From NCBI GenBank assembly GCA_965541585.1, contig CBEUCH010000015.1:1-64000 (forward strand): a stretch of DNA of 64,000 nt, read 5' to 3'. How positions within the stretch are numbered: position 1 is the stretch's first letter; the number at the start of each line of letters is the position of its first letter. The position numbers and the translations under genes are program-made. Shown one piece after another: positions 20,868 through 30,142 of the stretch. The notes beneath the pieces are model-generated. The model did no database searches, was not told where the DNA came from, and saw only the letters and a program-made list of their open reading frames with translations. Source of the DNA: an uncultured bacterium. GTDB lineage: Bacteria; Zixibacteria; MSB-5A5; UBA10806.

Positions 20868-23159
20868 ATGAGTGAAGCACGATGTTCGCTGGTTGTTGCG
20901 ACGATTCTTATATGCATACAACTATGTTCTGGTCAAGCCATTGCCGATGAGGGTCGCTGGTCCAGCGGCGGGCCGCACGAGGCCAGGGTTCGGACCATAG
21001 CCATCCATCCGGACGATAACCAACGGATATATATAGGGACTATTGAGAACGGCATCTACCAGACAACGGATGGCGGAGCCAATTGGTTCTTGATGGAGGA
21101 TGATTCACTTGATATTACTATACGCGATATAGTCTTCCATCCGGCGGCTCCGGAGACGATGTATGCGGGAACCCAAAGAGGTATGTATAGAAGCTTTGAC
21201 GAAGGAAACAGCTGGAGCCTGATGAGGCCGCCGGGATACTGGTATAATAATATTAAGGACCTCGAGATCCATCCCGTAGATCATGATATAATATTTGCTG
21301 GCGGGTCATCCACAAACGTCAAATCGACCGATGGCGGTAATAGTTGGTACGATCTCGACCTACCCTGGGTGGCGGTAGTGGCCATAAGAACCGATCCTCT
21401 GCGCCCCGATACCATCTACCTGGCAACTCAATCGGCCCCTCAGGGCCTGTCTGTTTTCAGAAGCGAGGATCTCGGCGAGAGCTGGTATCAAATTCATAAT
21501 GACCTCGATTCTACCATGTGGGCCTGGGATCTGGCGATCGATCCAGTCAACAGTAATACCCTCTACCTGGGGGGCAGTAGTCACCCGCAAGGCACAGGCG
21601 TATGCCTGGAAAAGACGACCGATGCCGGCGAGCACTGGTTCGATATCACCCCGCCGGGACTTGTCAGCCCGTGGATTATCACTATTACGATATCACCGTT
21701 TGACCACAGCACCGTATATATCTGCACTGAAGCCACTGGCGTTTTGAAAAGCACGGATGGCGGAGAAACCTGGCGCGAGATCAATGAAGGGCTTGATGCT
21801 CGAACTGCGGCGAAAGTGGAAATCGATTCGGTTACGGCGTATCTCTACCTTGGAACTTACTACCATGGTATCTATCGATCAACGAACGGCGGCGAGAGCT
21901 GGCAGAAAATTAGCAATAATATCAATCAGGCCAATTGCGAGGATCTATCTATAAACCGGCACGATTCGGACTCGCTTTATGTGGCCAGCATAGGCGGCGT
22001 TTACCGTTCTGTTGACGGCGCTTCAAGCTGGCAGAATGTAGAGCTAGACTTTCCCTTCTACGAGACCAGGGCAAATGGCGTCCAGATTGACCCGTATGAC
22101 CCGAATTATGTCTACGTAAGTTTCTACGATTACAGAGGCTTAGGCGAAGGCGGGATATTCCGTTCAACCGATGGCGGGGAGACCTGGGATATGTTTACCA
22201 ACGGCCTGCCTGAAGGTGGCTATTACGGCAAATTCGCGGTGGCCGATTACGGAGACGGCTCCCGACGGCTCTTTCTTGGAGCTGTCGGGCTGTATTATTC
22301 CGATGATCTTGGCGAGAACTGGGCTCTGTGCCAGGGCGGCCTGCCGTCTGATTTGTATTATGGAAGAATTGAGGTAAGCAACGTTGATCCCGATCTAATC
22401 TTTGTCTCTGACTGGGGTGACCCCAGATTAGTTTACCGCTCCACTGATGGTGGTCAAACGTGGGCTGCTCTATCGAGCCCACCGGGGAACGGAGCTATAA
22501 ACAGTATCGCCTGCGATCCTTTCAACTCTGATATCGTTTATGCCTGTAGATCCCATGAAGGAGTGTTCAGGTCCACTGACACCGGGCAGAGTTGGGTTGA
22601 TATCAGCAATAATCTACCGAGAGATCCCGATTATTTTATCCCGTCTGGAGTTGCCATTAACCCTCTTAATCCCCAGATTCTTTATGTAAACTCGGCCCGT
22701 TACGGCATATTCGTCTCACATGACGGCGGGCGAAGCTGGGAGGATTTCAATGAAGGATTGCGAACCGGATATTCTCATGCCGTTACCGCCATTGCGCCCT
22801 CGGACACCAACAGGATTTTCCTTGCCACGAGCTCGCAGTCAGTCTGGACTATAACTAAGATCCCCACCTCGGTTGATAATGACGATGTTTCACCGAGGGA
22901 ATATTCGATCCTGTCAAACTATCCCAATCCCTTCAATTCTATCACCGTTATACAGTATTCTCTATTGGAATCCGAGCCGGTTATTCTCTCTATATATAAT
23001 ATCCTCGGCCAGCAAGTAGCTACCATATTCGAGGGATTGCAGCAGGCTGGGGAACATACGCCCACTTGGGACGCTTCCGCTTTCCCCTCCGGCGTCTACT
23101 TCGCCCGGATGAAAACCCTGAAAAGCTCGCAAAGCCTTAAGATGATTCTGCTCAAATAG
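20868..23159 (+). CDS. Secreted BNR/VPS10-like double beta-propeller protein with CTD (paralog 2)
   Basis: Colinear with 18383-20674 over its whole length. ATG at 20868 follows GAGGAG. Confidence 0.85.
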   Translation: MSEARCSLVVATILICIQLCSGQAIADEGRWSSGGPHEARVRTIAIHPDDNQRIYIGTIENGIYQTTDGGANWFLMEDDSLDITIRDIVFHPAAPETMYAGTQRGMYRSFDEGNSWSLMRPPGYWYNNIKDLEIHPVDHDIIFAGGSSTNVKSTDGGNSWYDLDLPWVAVVAIRTDPLRPDTIYLATQSAPQGLSVFRSEDLGESWYQIHNDLDSTMWAWDLAIDPVNSNTLYLGGSSHPQGTGVCLEKTTDAGEHWFDITPPGLVSPWIITITISPFDHSTVYICTEATGVLKSTDGGETWREINEGLDARTAAKVEIDSVTAYLYLGTYYHGIYRSTNGGESWQKISNNINQANCEDLSINRHDSDSLYVASIGGVYRSVDGASSWQNVELDFPFYETRANGVQIDPYDPNYVYVSFYDYRGLGEGGIFRSTDGGETWDMFTNGLPEGGYYGKFAVADYGDGSRRLFLGAVGLYYSDDLGENWALCQGGLPSDLYYGRIEVSNVDPDLIFVSDWGDPRLVYRSTDGGQTWAALSSPPGNGAINSIACDPFNSDIVYACRSHEGVFRSTDTGQSWVDISNNLPRDPDYFIPSGVAINPLNPQILYVNSARYGIFVSHDGGRSWEDFNEGLRTGYSHAVTAIAPSDTNRIFLATSSQSVWTITKIPTSVDNDDVSPREYSILSNYPNPFNSITVIQYSLLESEPVILSIYNILGQQVATIFEGLQQAGEHTPTWDASAFPSGVYFARMKTLKSSQSLKMILLK

Positions 23160-23248
23160 TTAGCCTGAACAAGGGCACGCCACCGGTTAAAAAAGTATTG
23201 ATATTCCCCACAATCTTCTATAATATAGAGCCTTAATCGGGGAGAGGT

Positions 23249-24532
23249 ATGAGAATCCTTGTAATTGGAAAAGGTGGTCGGGAACACGCCCTGGCCTGGA
23301 AGCTCTCGCAGTCGGACAAAGCGGAGAAGATCTTCGTGGCGCCCGGCAATGGCGGCATAGCAAAGCTGGCTGAGATTGTCCCCATCGCGGTCGATGATCT
23401 GACCGGCCTGGCCGATTTCGCCGGAAAAAACCGCATAGATCTGACCGTTGTCGGCCCGGAGCTGCCATTGACAATGGGTATCGTGGATATATTCGAGGAG
23501 CGCGGCTTGAAGATTTTCGGGCCCAACAAAGAGGCGGCCGAGATCGAAGGTTCGAAGGCCTTCGCCAAAAACTTCATGGATAAATATCATATCCCCACGG
23601 CGCGATTTAAGGTCTTCACCAGCCACCTGGAGGCGATTGATTTCACGACATCGGCCAGTTATCCTCTGGTCATAAAAGCCGACGGTCTGGCTGCCGGTAA
23701 AGGGGCTGTGATCGTGAATGATCCGGACGAAGCCAGATCGCAGATAGAAGAAATTATGGTAGATATGGTCTTTGGCGAAGCGGGTTCCAAGGTACTGGTC
23801 GAGGAATTTTTAACCGGGGAAGAGGTGACAGTAATGGCCCTAACCGACGGCGAGCGGGTTATTCCCATGGCTTCCTCCCAGGACCACAAGAGGATCGGAG
23901 AGGGTGACACCGGCCTGAATACCGGCGGCATGGGAGCCTATGCCCCTACCAGCATCGTCAACGAAAAGATGCTGAAGCAGATTAACGATGAGATTCTCGA
24001 ACCTACAATTAGAGGTCTGGCCGAGCAGGGCCGCAAATATACCGGTGTGCTGTACACCGGGCTGATGATCACCGATAGGGGACCGAAGGTGCTTGAATAC
24101 AACTGTCGTTTCGGAGACCCGGAGACCCAGGCGGTTCTTCCCCTGCTCGAGAGTGATCTGGCCCGGATTTTCTCCGATATAGCAGACGGATATTTGAATA
24201 TTGATGAGATCAAATGGAAAGACGCTCATGCGGCCTGTGTAGTGCTGGCGTCAAGGGGATATCCTGCGGCAGTGGAAAAAGGCATGGCGATTAAGGGGCT
24301 GGATAAGTTAGATTCTAATAATTGCGTGGTATTCCATGCCGGCACGGCCAGACCCGGAAATCAATACATCACCGATGGCGGACGGGTCCTGGGTGTGACG
24401 GCAGTAGACAGGACTTTGAGTGGCGCTTTGTCCAGGGCATACGATACAATTAATAATATCCATTTCGATGGCATGCAATATCGGCGCGATATCGGTTGGC
24501 GCGCCGGAAAGGTAAACACCAGCTATTTCTGA
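23249..24532 (+). CDS. purD: Phosphoribosylamine--glycine ligase
   Basis: GxGGREHAL, KADGLAAGKG, NTGGMGAY and RFGDPETQ motifs. Confidence 0.97.
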   Translation: MRILVIGKGGREHALAWKLSQSDKAEKIFVAPGNGGIAKLAEIVPIAVDDLTGLADFAGKNRIDLTVVGPELPLTMGIVDIFEERGLKIFGPNKEAAEIEGSKAFAKNFMDKYHIPTARFKVFTSHLEAIDFTTSASYPLVIKADGLAAGKGAVIVNDPDEARSQIEEIMVDMVFGEAGSKVLVEEFLTGEEVTVMALTDGERVIPMASSQDHKRIGEGDTGLNTGGMGAYAPTSIVNEKMLKQINDEILEPTIRGLAEQGRKYTGVLYTGLMITDRGPKVLEYNCRFGDPETQAVLPLLESDLARIFSDIADGYLNIDEIKWKDAHAACVVLASRGYPAAVEKGMAIKGLDKLDSNNCVVFHAGTARPGNQYITDGGRVLGVTAVDRTLSGALSRAYDTINNIHFDGMQYRRDIGWRAGKVNTSYF

Positions 24533-24999
24533 TGGGAAATATCGACGTTCTAATAGTCCTGGGGAGCAAATCGGATACTGAAACCGTTTCGGTATGCGGG
24601 GATATCCTGAGCAAATTCGGTGTGCCCTTCAAACAGGAGATAAGCTCCGCTCATCGTCAACCCGATAGGACCAAAAACCTTATTAAGGAAGCGGAATCCG
24701 GGGGCGTTAAAGTAATCATAGCTGCCGCCGGTATGGCGGCACATCTGCCCGGCGTAGTGGCATCTTACACGACGTTGCCCGTCATTGGAGTCCCCCTGGC
24801 TGCCTCGGCTCTCTCTGGTACAGATTCCCTTTATTCTATCGTTCAGATGCCCGCAGGTATCCCGGTGGCCTGTATGAGTATAGGATCTCACGGTGCAAAG
24901 AACGCCGCTTTATTAGCGATCGAGATACTTGCCCTCTCCGACAGCGCTCTCAAAGACAAATTGAAAGCTTACCGCAAAGAGCTTGCCGGTGGACAATAA
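24532..24999 (+). CDS. purE: N5-CAIR mutase
   Basis: GSKSD, SAHR and AGMAAHLPGV motifs; TGATG overlap with purD. Confidence 0.96.
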   Translation: MGNIDVLIVLGSKSDTETVSVCGDILSKFGVPFKQEISSAHRQPDRTKNLIKEAESGGVKVIIAAAGMAAHLPGVVASYTTLPVIGVPLAASALSGTDSLYSIVQMPAGIPVACMSIGSHGAKNAALLAIEILALSDSALKDKLKAYRKELAGGQ

Positions 25000-25082
25000 C
25001 GATCTGCCAGAATCTTCTGCACTCCGAATCTTGATGACAGGTATAAAATCATTCAGGTCTATGGCGCTGATGCTAAACCGGC

Positions 25083-25991
25083 ATGAACAGAAAGAGGAGA
25101 CATCGTAGTATGCCGTCGATCGGCCAGAGAATAAGCACCCCGGTGGCCTCCACCAAGATCTCAATGGTTTTCAATATCCTGTTATTGATATTGAAATTCT
25201 TTGGAGGATTCTTCGGGGGGAGCCGCGCCTTAATTGCCGATTGCCTTAACTCCCTTCTCGATATCGTGGCCAACTCCGCGGTCTGGATCGGGCTGAAATT
25301 GGCCGGAAAGCCCGCCGATACCGATCATCAATATGGTCATGGCAACGCCGACGTTATAGCAGCGTCATTTGTTGCGATCGTAATATTCACCACCGGGATT
25401 TATATCGGATATGATTCGATTCATGTCATCCTCAACAGGAACTTCGGTATACCCAGTTATTTCGCTACCGGCGTGGCCGCCTTCACTATCATTGTGAAAT
25501 CAGTCCTCTTCCGCTATACAAAGAACGTGGGCGGAAAATTCAAAAGCGCCGCCGTCCTGGCAAATGCGCAGGATCATAAATCCGATGTTTACGCCTCTTC
25601 CGGGGCCCTGTTTGGCATCGTCGTATCCCAGATCGGCTATCCCATCCTGGATCCTATAGGAGGCTTATGGGTATCATTCTTTATTCTGAGAAACGCCGTA
25701 AACTTAATCCGGGATAATATACACACGCTCATGAGCGGGGCTCCGGATAGGGAGCTTGTGGAGAGGGTCGAAAAGACCGCCGCTCAGATAGACGAGGTAA
25801 AAGGCATTTTAGCTACCAGGATGAGAACCCTCGGGTCCAGGCAATTCGTAGATCTCGAGATATTCGTGGATGGCAATCTAAGCGTTCGTGAAGGCCATAA
25901 TGTCGCTCACCGGGTCAGGGATCTCTTGATCGCAAAATACGATGACATAACAGAGGTTATGGTTCATGTCGAACCCCGCATGGAGAATTGA
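25083..25991 (+). CDS. Cation diffusion facilitator transporter (FieF-like)
   Basis: SRALIAD, PADTDHQYGHG, DHKSD and VMVHVEP motifs. Start may be 25110. Confidence 0.92.
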   Translation: MNRKRRHRSMPSIGQRISTPVASTKISMVFNILLLILKFFGGFFGGSRALIADCLNSLLDIVANSAVWIGLKLAGKPADTDHQYGHGNADVIAASFVAIVIFTTGIYIGYDSIHVILNRNFGIPSYFATGVAAFTIIVKSVLFRYTKNVGGKFKSAAVLANAQDHKSDVYASSGALFGIVVSQIGYPILDPIGGLWVSFFILRNAVNLIRDNIHTLMSGAPDRELVERVEKTAAQIDEVKGILATRMRTLGSRQFVDLEIFVDGNLSVREGHNVAHRVRDLLIAKYDDITEVMVHVEPRMEN

Positions 25992-25992
25992 G

Positions 25993-27228
25993 ATGAAAGT
26001 TGTTTTCTTTGAAGATCACCATTATGCAAAATTCGATCCCATATCCCTTTCGCATCCAGTGTATATGCTGTTGCACGGGACATCGAAGCTATATTCGAAA
26101 TGGATCACGGCCTTAAAAAGCAATGATTATTCGTTTTTGTGCAGGCCGCACTTAGCGGGCGTGCTCGCTTTCGAGACCGGCAGAGAAGTTAATGCAATCC
26201 CGGATGGGGATCTGCTATTCATAAATGGACGCTATTTGCCATCGGATAAGACCGTCTGGTTGGTGCAGGAGATTAAGAAGGGGGAAGCGCTCTCATGTGA
26301 TGATGAGCTGGTTGCCTTCCGTATAGGCGATGACCGTCCGCCCAAACTTATAGAAATACTTGAAAAACTCTATGACACAAACACCAACGAGGAGTTGAAA
26401 TCTTATCTGGCTATTGAAAAGATAAAAGCGGAGTGCGTTAACTATCTTTGGGATCTGGTCGATGGCAACGGAGCGATGATCGCCGGAGAATTCGCAGGGT
26501 TCAAGTCGCGATCTGCACTGGCCAGCGATAAAGCCAGCGGGGTGACAATCATAAAGCCGGAATCCGCATATATATCTCCTAATGCGGTGGTATCGTCTTC
26601 AGTCGTTATCGATGCCACCGAGGGCCCTGTCATTATTGATGATGACGTCTCAGTGGAGCCTTTTACCTTCATCCAGGGTCCTGTTTACGTTGGTCCGGGC
26701 TGCCTGTTGACCGGTGGGCGGATCAGGGGAGGATGCTCGCTCGGGCCTATGTGCCGGGTCGGCGGTGAGATCGAGGAATCGATTATGCTCGGCTATTGCA
26801 ATAAATACCATGACGGTTTTCTGGGACACGCCTATCTCGGGGAATGGGTAAACTTAGGAGCCATGACGACTAATTCTGATCTCAAAAACAACTACGCACA
26901 GATAAAGGTGGCCGTAGGAAACGAGTTGGTGGATACAGGCCGGATCAAGGTGGGTTGTTTCATCGGAGATCATACCAAGACAGGTATTGGCACAATGCTT
27001 AATACCGGAATCTGTATAGGGTTCTCCTGCAATTTATACGGTTCGGGAATATTTGCTGAGAGGAGGATAAAATCTTTCGGCTGGGGGGCGTCCGGGAACC
27101 TCACTGAATACCGACTTGATAGGGCGATCCGGACTGCCAGGGCGGCGATGTCTCGTCGAGAAGTTGAATTCACAGAAGTACATGAGAATCTATTTTCCGA
27201 TATACAAAAGATCGATTCAGGGAATTAG
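25993..27228 (+). CDS. GlmU-like putative sugar-nucleotidyl/acyltransferase (hexapeptide repeats)
   Basis: NKYHDGFLGHAYLGEWVNLGA.T.NSDLKNNY and KVGCFIGDHTKTGIGT motifs typical of the FCB-type family. Confidence 0.8.
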   Translation: MKVVFFEDHHYAKFDPISLSHPVYMLLHGTSKLYSKWITALKSNDYSFLCRPHLAGVLAFETGREVNAIPDGDLLFINGRYLPSDKTVWLVQEIKKGEALSCDDELVAFRIGDDRPPKLIEILEKLYDTNTNEELKSYLAIEKIKAECVNYLWDLVDGNGAMIAGEFAGFKSRSALASDKASGVTIIKPESAYISPNAVVSSSVVIDATEGPVIIDDDVSVEPFTFIQGPVYVGPGCLLTGGRIRGGCSLGPMCRVGGEIEESIMLGYCNKYHDGFLGHAYLGEWVNLGAMTTNSDLKNNYAQIKVAVGNELVDTGRIKVGCFIGDHTKTGIGTMLNTGICIGFSCNLYGSGIFAERRIKSFGWGASGNLTEYRLDRAIRTARAAMSRREVEFTEVHENLFSDIQKIDSGN

Positions 27229-27395
27229 CATGCTGAGCGGCTTACGATTTGTATTGACAATGAATTCTGGTTTCAGCTATGATCGGCAACAGTTTCGATC
27301 CATTAAGGACGGGTCGAATCAGACGATAATCTAAGAGAATGAGAATCTTTGAATCGATCTGGCCTCTTTGCGCATAAGCAATAGCTGGAGGATGA

Positions 27396-28388
27396 ATGCC
27401 CGAGCTTCGTAAAGATCCTGTGTTGGGGCGGTGGGTTATAATTTCCACCGAACGTGGCAAAAGACCCACTGATTTTCCCATCCAGTCGAGCAAACGTCAG
27501 GCAAAGCTTTGCCCGTTCTGCCCCAATAATGAATCATCCACTCCTCCTGAGATTTTTGCCGTCAGGGATAACGGTTCCGAGGCGGATTCACCGGGTTGGA
27601 CATTGAGAGTTATTCCAAATAAGTTCCCCGCCCTGAGGATTGAGGGCGATCTGAACCGGGAAGGCGAGGGATTATTCGATAAGATGAACGGCATCGGTGC
27701 GCATGAGGTGATTGTAGAAACGGCTGCTCATGAGATGGACCTGGTCGATCTGAAGCCGGAGGAAATCAAGAATGTCATCGCAGCTTTCCGCGAGCGGATT
27801 ATAGATCTCAAGAAAGACCCCCGATTCAAATACATAATGATCTTCAAGAATCAGGGTGAGGCGGCCGGTGCGTCGCTTGAACACTCTCACAGCCAACTAA
27901 TTGCGACGCCGATCGTCCCAAAGAGAGTCCTCGAGGAGATGAACGGGTCGAGGGAATACTACGAATACAGAGAAAGATGCATTTACTGCGATATTGTAAA
28001 ACAGGAAATCAAACAGGATATGCGAGTGGTGACGCGGAATGACCAATTTCTGGCTATTGCGCCCTTCGCCTCCAGGTTCCCCTTTGAGATATGGATTATC
28101 CCCCGGTTCCACAGTCCCCTGATTGAAGATATAAAAGATGAAGAAATGATGAATTTTGCATCAATAATCAAAGATACGTTAGGGAGGCTGACACGGGCTC
28201 TGAGCAATCCGCCGTACAATCTAGTCATTCATTCATCTCCTGTAGAAAATAAATATCGAAAAGAATATCACTGGCATGTCGAAATAATGCCCAAACTGAC
28301 GAAAGTCGCCGGCTTTGAGTGGGGGACCGGTTTCTATATCAATCCGACAACTCCTGAAGATGCCGCCAGGTTCTTAAAAGAGATCTAA
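27396..28388 (+). CDS. galT: GalT-family nucleotidyltransferase (galactose-1-phosphate uridylyltransferase-like)
   Basis: ELRKDP, CPFCP, NKFPAL and GASLEHSHSQ motifs. Confidence 0.88.
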   Translation: MPELRKDPVLGRWVIISTERGKRPTDFPIQSSKRQAKLCPFCPNNESSTPPEIFAVRDNGSEADSPGWTLRVIPNKFPALRIEGDLNREGEGLFDKMNGIGAHEVIVETAAHEMDLVDLKPEEIKNVIAAFRERIIDLKKDPRFKYIMIFKNQGEAAGASLEHSHSQLIATPIVPKRVLEEMNGSREYYEYRERCIYCDIVKQEIKQDMRVVTRNDQFLAIAPFASRFPFEIWIIPRFHSPLIEDIKDEEMMNFASIIKDTLGRLTRALSNPPYNLVIHSSPVENKYRKEYHWHVEIMPKLTKVAGFEWGTGFYINPTTPEDAARFLKEI

Positions 28389-28444
28389 CCAGACCAATAA
28401 ATGGGCTGATAGTTAGAGATATAACGCTTGCTGGAGATCATACG

Positions 28445-29932
28445 ATGGGTCTTTTGAATATCTTAATAGCAACTCCCGAAGCCGTTCCCTTTGCCAAGAC
28501 CGGGGGACTGGCAGATGTAGCCGGCTCGCTGCCGAAGGCCATCGCATCCCGGGAGCATACGGTCAGGCTTGTATTGCCGCTTTACCCTCATGTGGATCGC
28601 GAAAAGCACAAATTGCAGATAATGGCTTCCGGACTGAAAGCTAAAATTGCAGGTCGCGAGGAGGTCTTCCAGGTTCAAAAATGCGATATGGACGGTACCG
28701 AGGTCTGGTTCATCGAGCATGACGGTTTCTTTAACCGTCCCGAACTCTACCGTGATCCCTCTACCGGAGACGATTGGGCTGACAATGATGAACGGTTCGG
28801 ATTCTTCGCTCGTGCTGTCCTTGAGGCCTGTCGCCGACTTCGCTTTATTCCCGATATAATTCATTGCAACGACTGGCAGACTGGTCTGATACCGGCCTTG
28901 CTGAAGATCGATGATAGTTATGGCGATTTCGCTGATACTGCTACTTTGCTTTCGATACACAATCTTGCCTATCAAGGCAGTTTTCCATCGGAGAGTTTCG
29001 GCAAACTGGGACTGGATTGGTCTCTGTTCGCCCCGGGGGGAGGCTTTGAGTTCTGGAAAAAGTTGAGCTACCTGAAGGCAGGCATCTGGTATTCGGATCT
29101 GCTCAACACCGTATCCGAAACCTACGCCGGGGAGATTCAATCATCAAACGAATTCGGCTATGGTTTCGAGGGTGTTCTGGCTGACCGATCCGATGATCTA
29201 TTCGGGATTTTAAACGGCATCGATTACGATGTCTGGAATCCGGCCACTGACGATCTTATTCCCGCCACGTTCACTCCGGAAAAGTTGGCGGGAAAGAAAA
29301 AATGCAAAAATGCTCTCAGGCGACAGGCTAAGTTACCAATGGTTCGTAGAGAAGTGCCGGTTATCGGGATTATATCGCGGCTGGCCGATCAAAAGGGGTT
29401 CGATCTCATCGCCGAGGCTGCCGATGATCTTCTGGCCCTCGATCTGCAGATCGTCCTTCTTGGCACCGGCGATCAGAAGTATCATGATCTGTTTGCGGCC
29501 TTGCATGAGAAGTATCCTAAGAAGATTGCGGCCTTCCTCGAATTTAATAATCAGATTGCGCACCTGATCGAGGCCGGCAGCGATATGTTTTTGATGCCTT
29601 CCCGCTATGAACCGTGCGGGCTAAACCAGATGTATAGCCTGAAATACGGCACCGTTCCCATTGTCAGGAAGACCGGCGGCCTGGCCGACACCATAGAGAA
29701 CGCCAATCCCGTGAAGGGCACGGGCAATGGTTTCGTCTTTACAAATTACGATTCCAGGGAGATGCTGAACGCCGTAAAGTTCGCTCTCGAGGTCTATCGC
29801 GACAAAAATGTCTGGGAGGTTATGATGCTTCGCGGCATGCGCCAGGATTTCTCTTGGGACGCCTCCGCCGGGAAATATGTGGAGTTATATAAAAAGGCCC
29901 TGGATAAGAAAAAAACGACCGTAGAAGCATAA
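28445..29932 (+). CDS. glgA: Glycogen synthase (GT5)
   Basis: PFAKTGGLADV, HCNDWQT, PSRYEPCGLNQ and KTGGLADT motifs. Confidence 0.96.
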   Translation: MGLLNILIATPEAVPFAKTGGLADVAGSLPKAIASREHTVRLVLPLYPHVDREKHKLQIMASGLKAKIAGREEVFQVQKCDMDGTEVWFIEHDGFFNRPELYRDPSTGDDWADNDERFGFFARAVLEACRRLRFIPDIIHCNDWQTGLIPALLKIDDSYGDFADTATLLSIHNLAYQGSFPSESFGKLGLDWSLFAPGGGFEFWKKLSYLKAGIWYSDLLNTVSETYAGEIQSSNEFGYGFEGVLADRSDDLFGILNGIDYDVWNPATDDLIPATFTPEKLAGKKKCKNALRRQAKLPMVRREVPVIGIISRLADQKGFDLIAEAADDLLALDLQIVLLGTGDQKYHDLFAALHEKYPKKIAAFLEFNNQIAHLIEAGSDMFLMPSRYEPCGLNQMYSLKYGTVPIVRKTGGLADTIENANPVKGTGNGFVFTNYDSREMLNAVKFALEVYRDKNVWEVMMLRGMRQDFSWDASAGKYVELYKKALDKKKTTVEA

Positions 29933-29953
29933 ATACTGAATTTATGGATATAT

Positions 29954-29984
29954 AAGCCTCGCCAACTCCGGCGGGGCTTTTTTT
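29954..29984 (+). terminator. Rho-independent terminator after glgA
   Basis: aagcctcgcc-aactcc-ggcggggctt followed by a T-run. Confidence 0.8.
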
Positions 29985-30142
29985 GTTGACGGAATCTTAT
30001 ACTGTGTTATTTTGTTTAATAGACGTATAGATTGATCTGTTCTTTTCAGGCTTTGCGGCAGAGGCGATTGGCCAAAACTTCGATGGATTGATCTGCGTAT
30101 CAATGGATGGATGCTTGAACTTGAATCCGAAATAAGGGAGGT

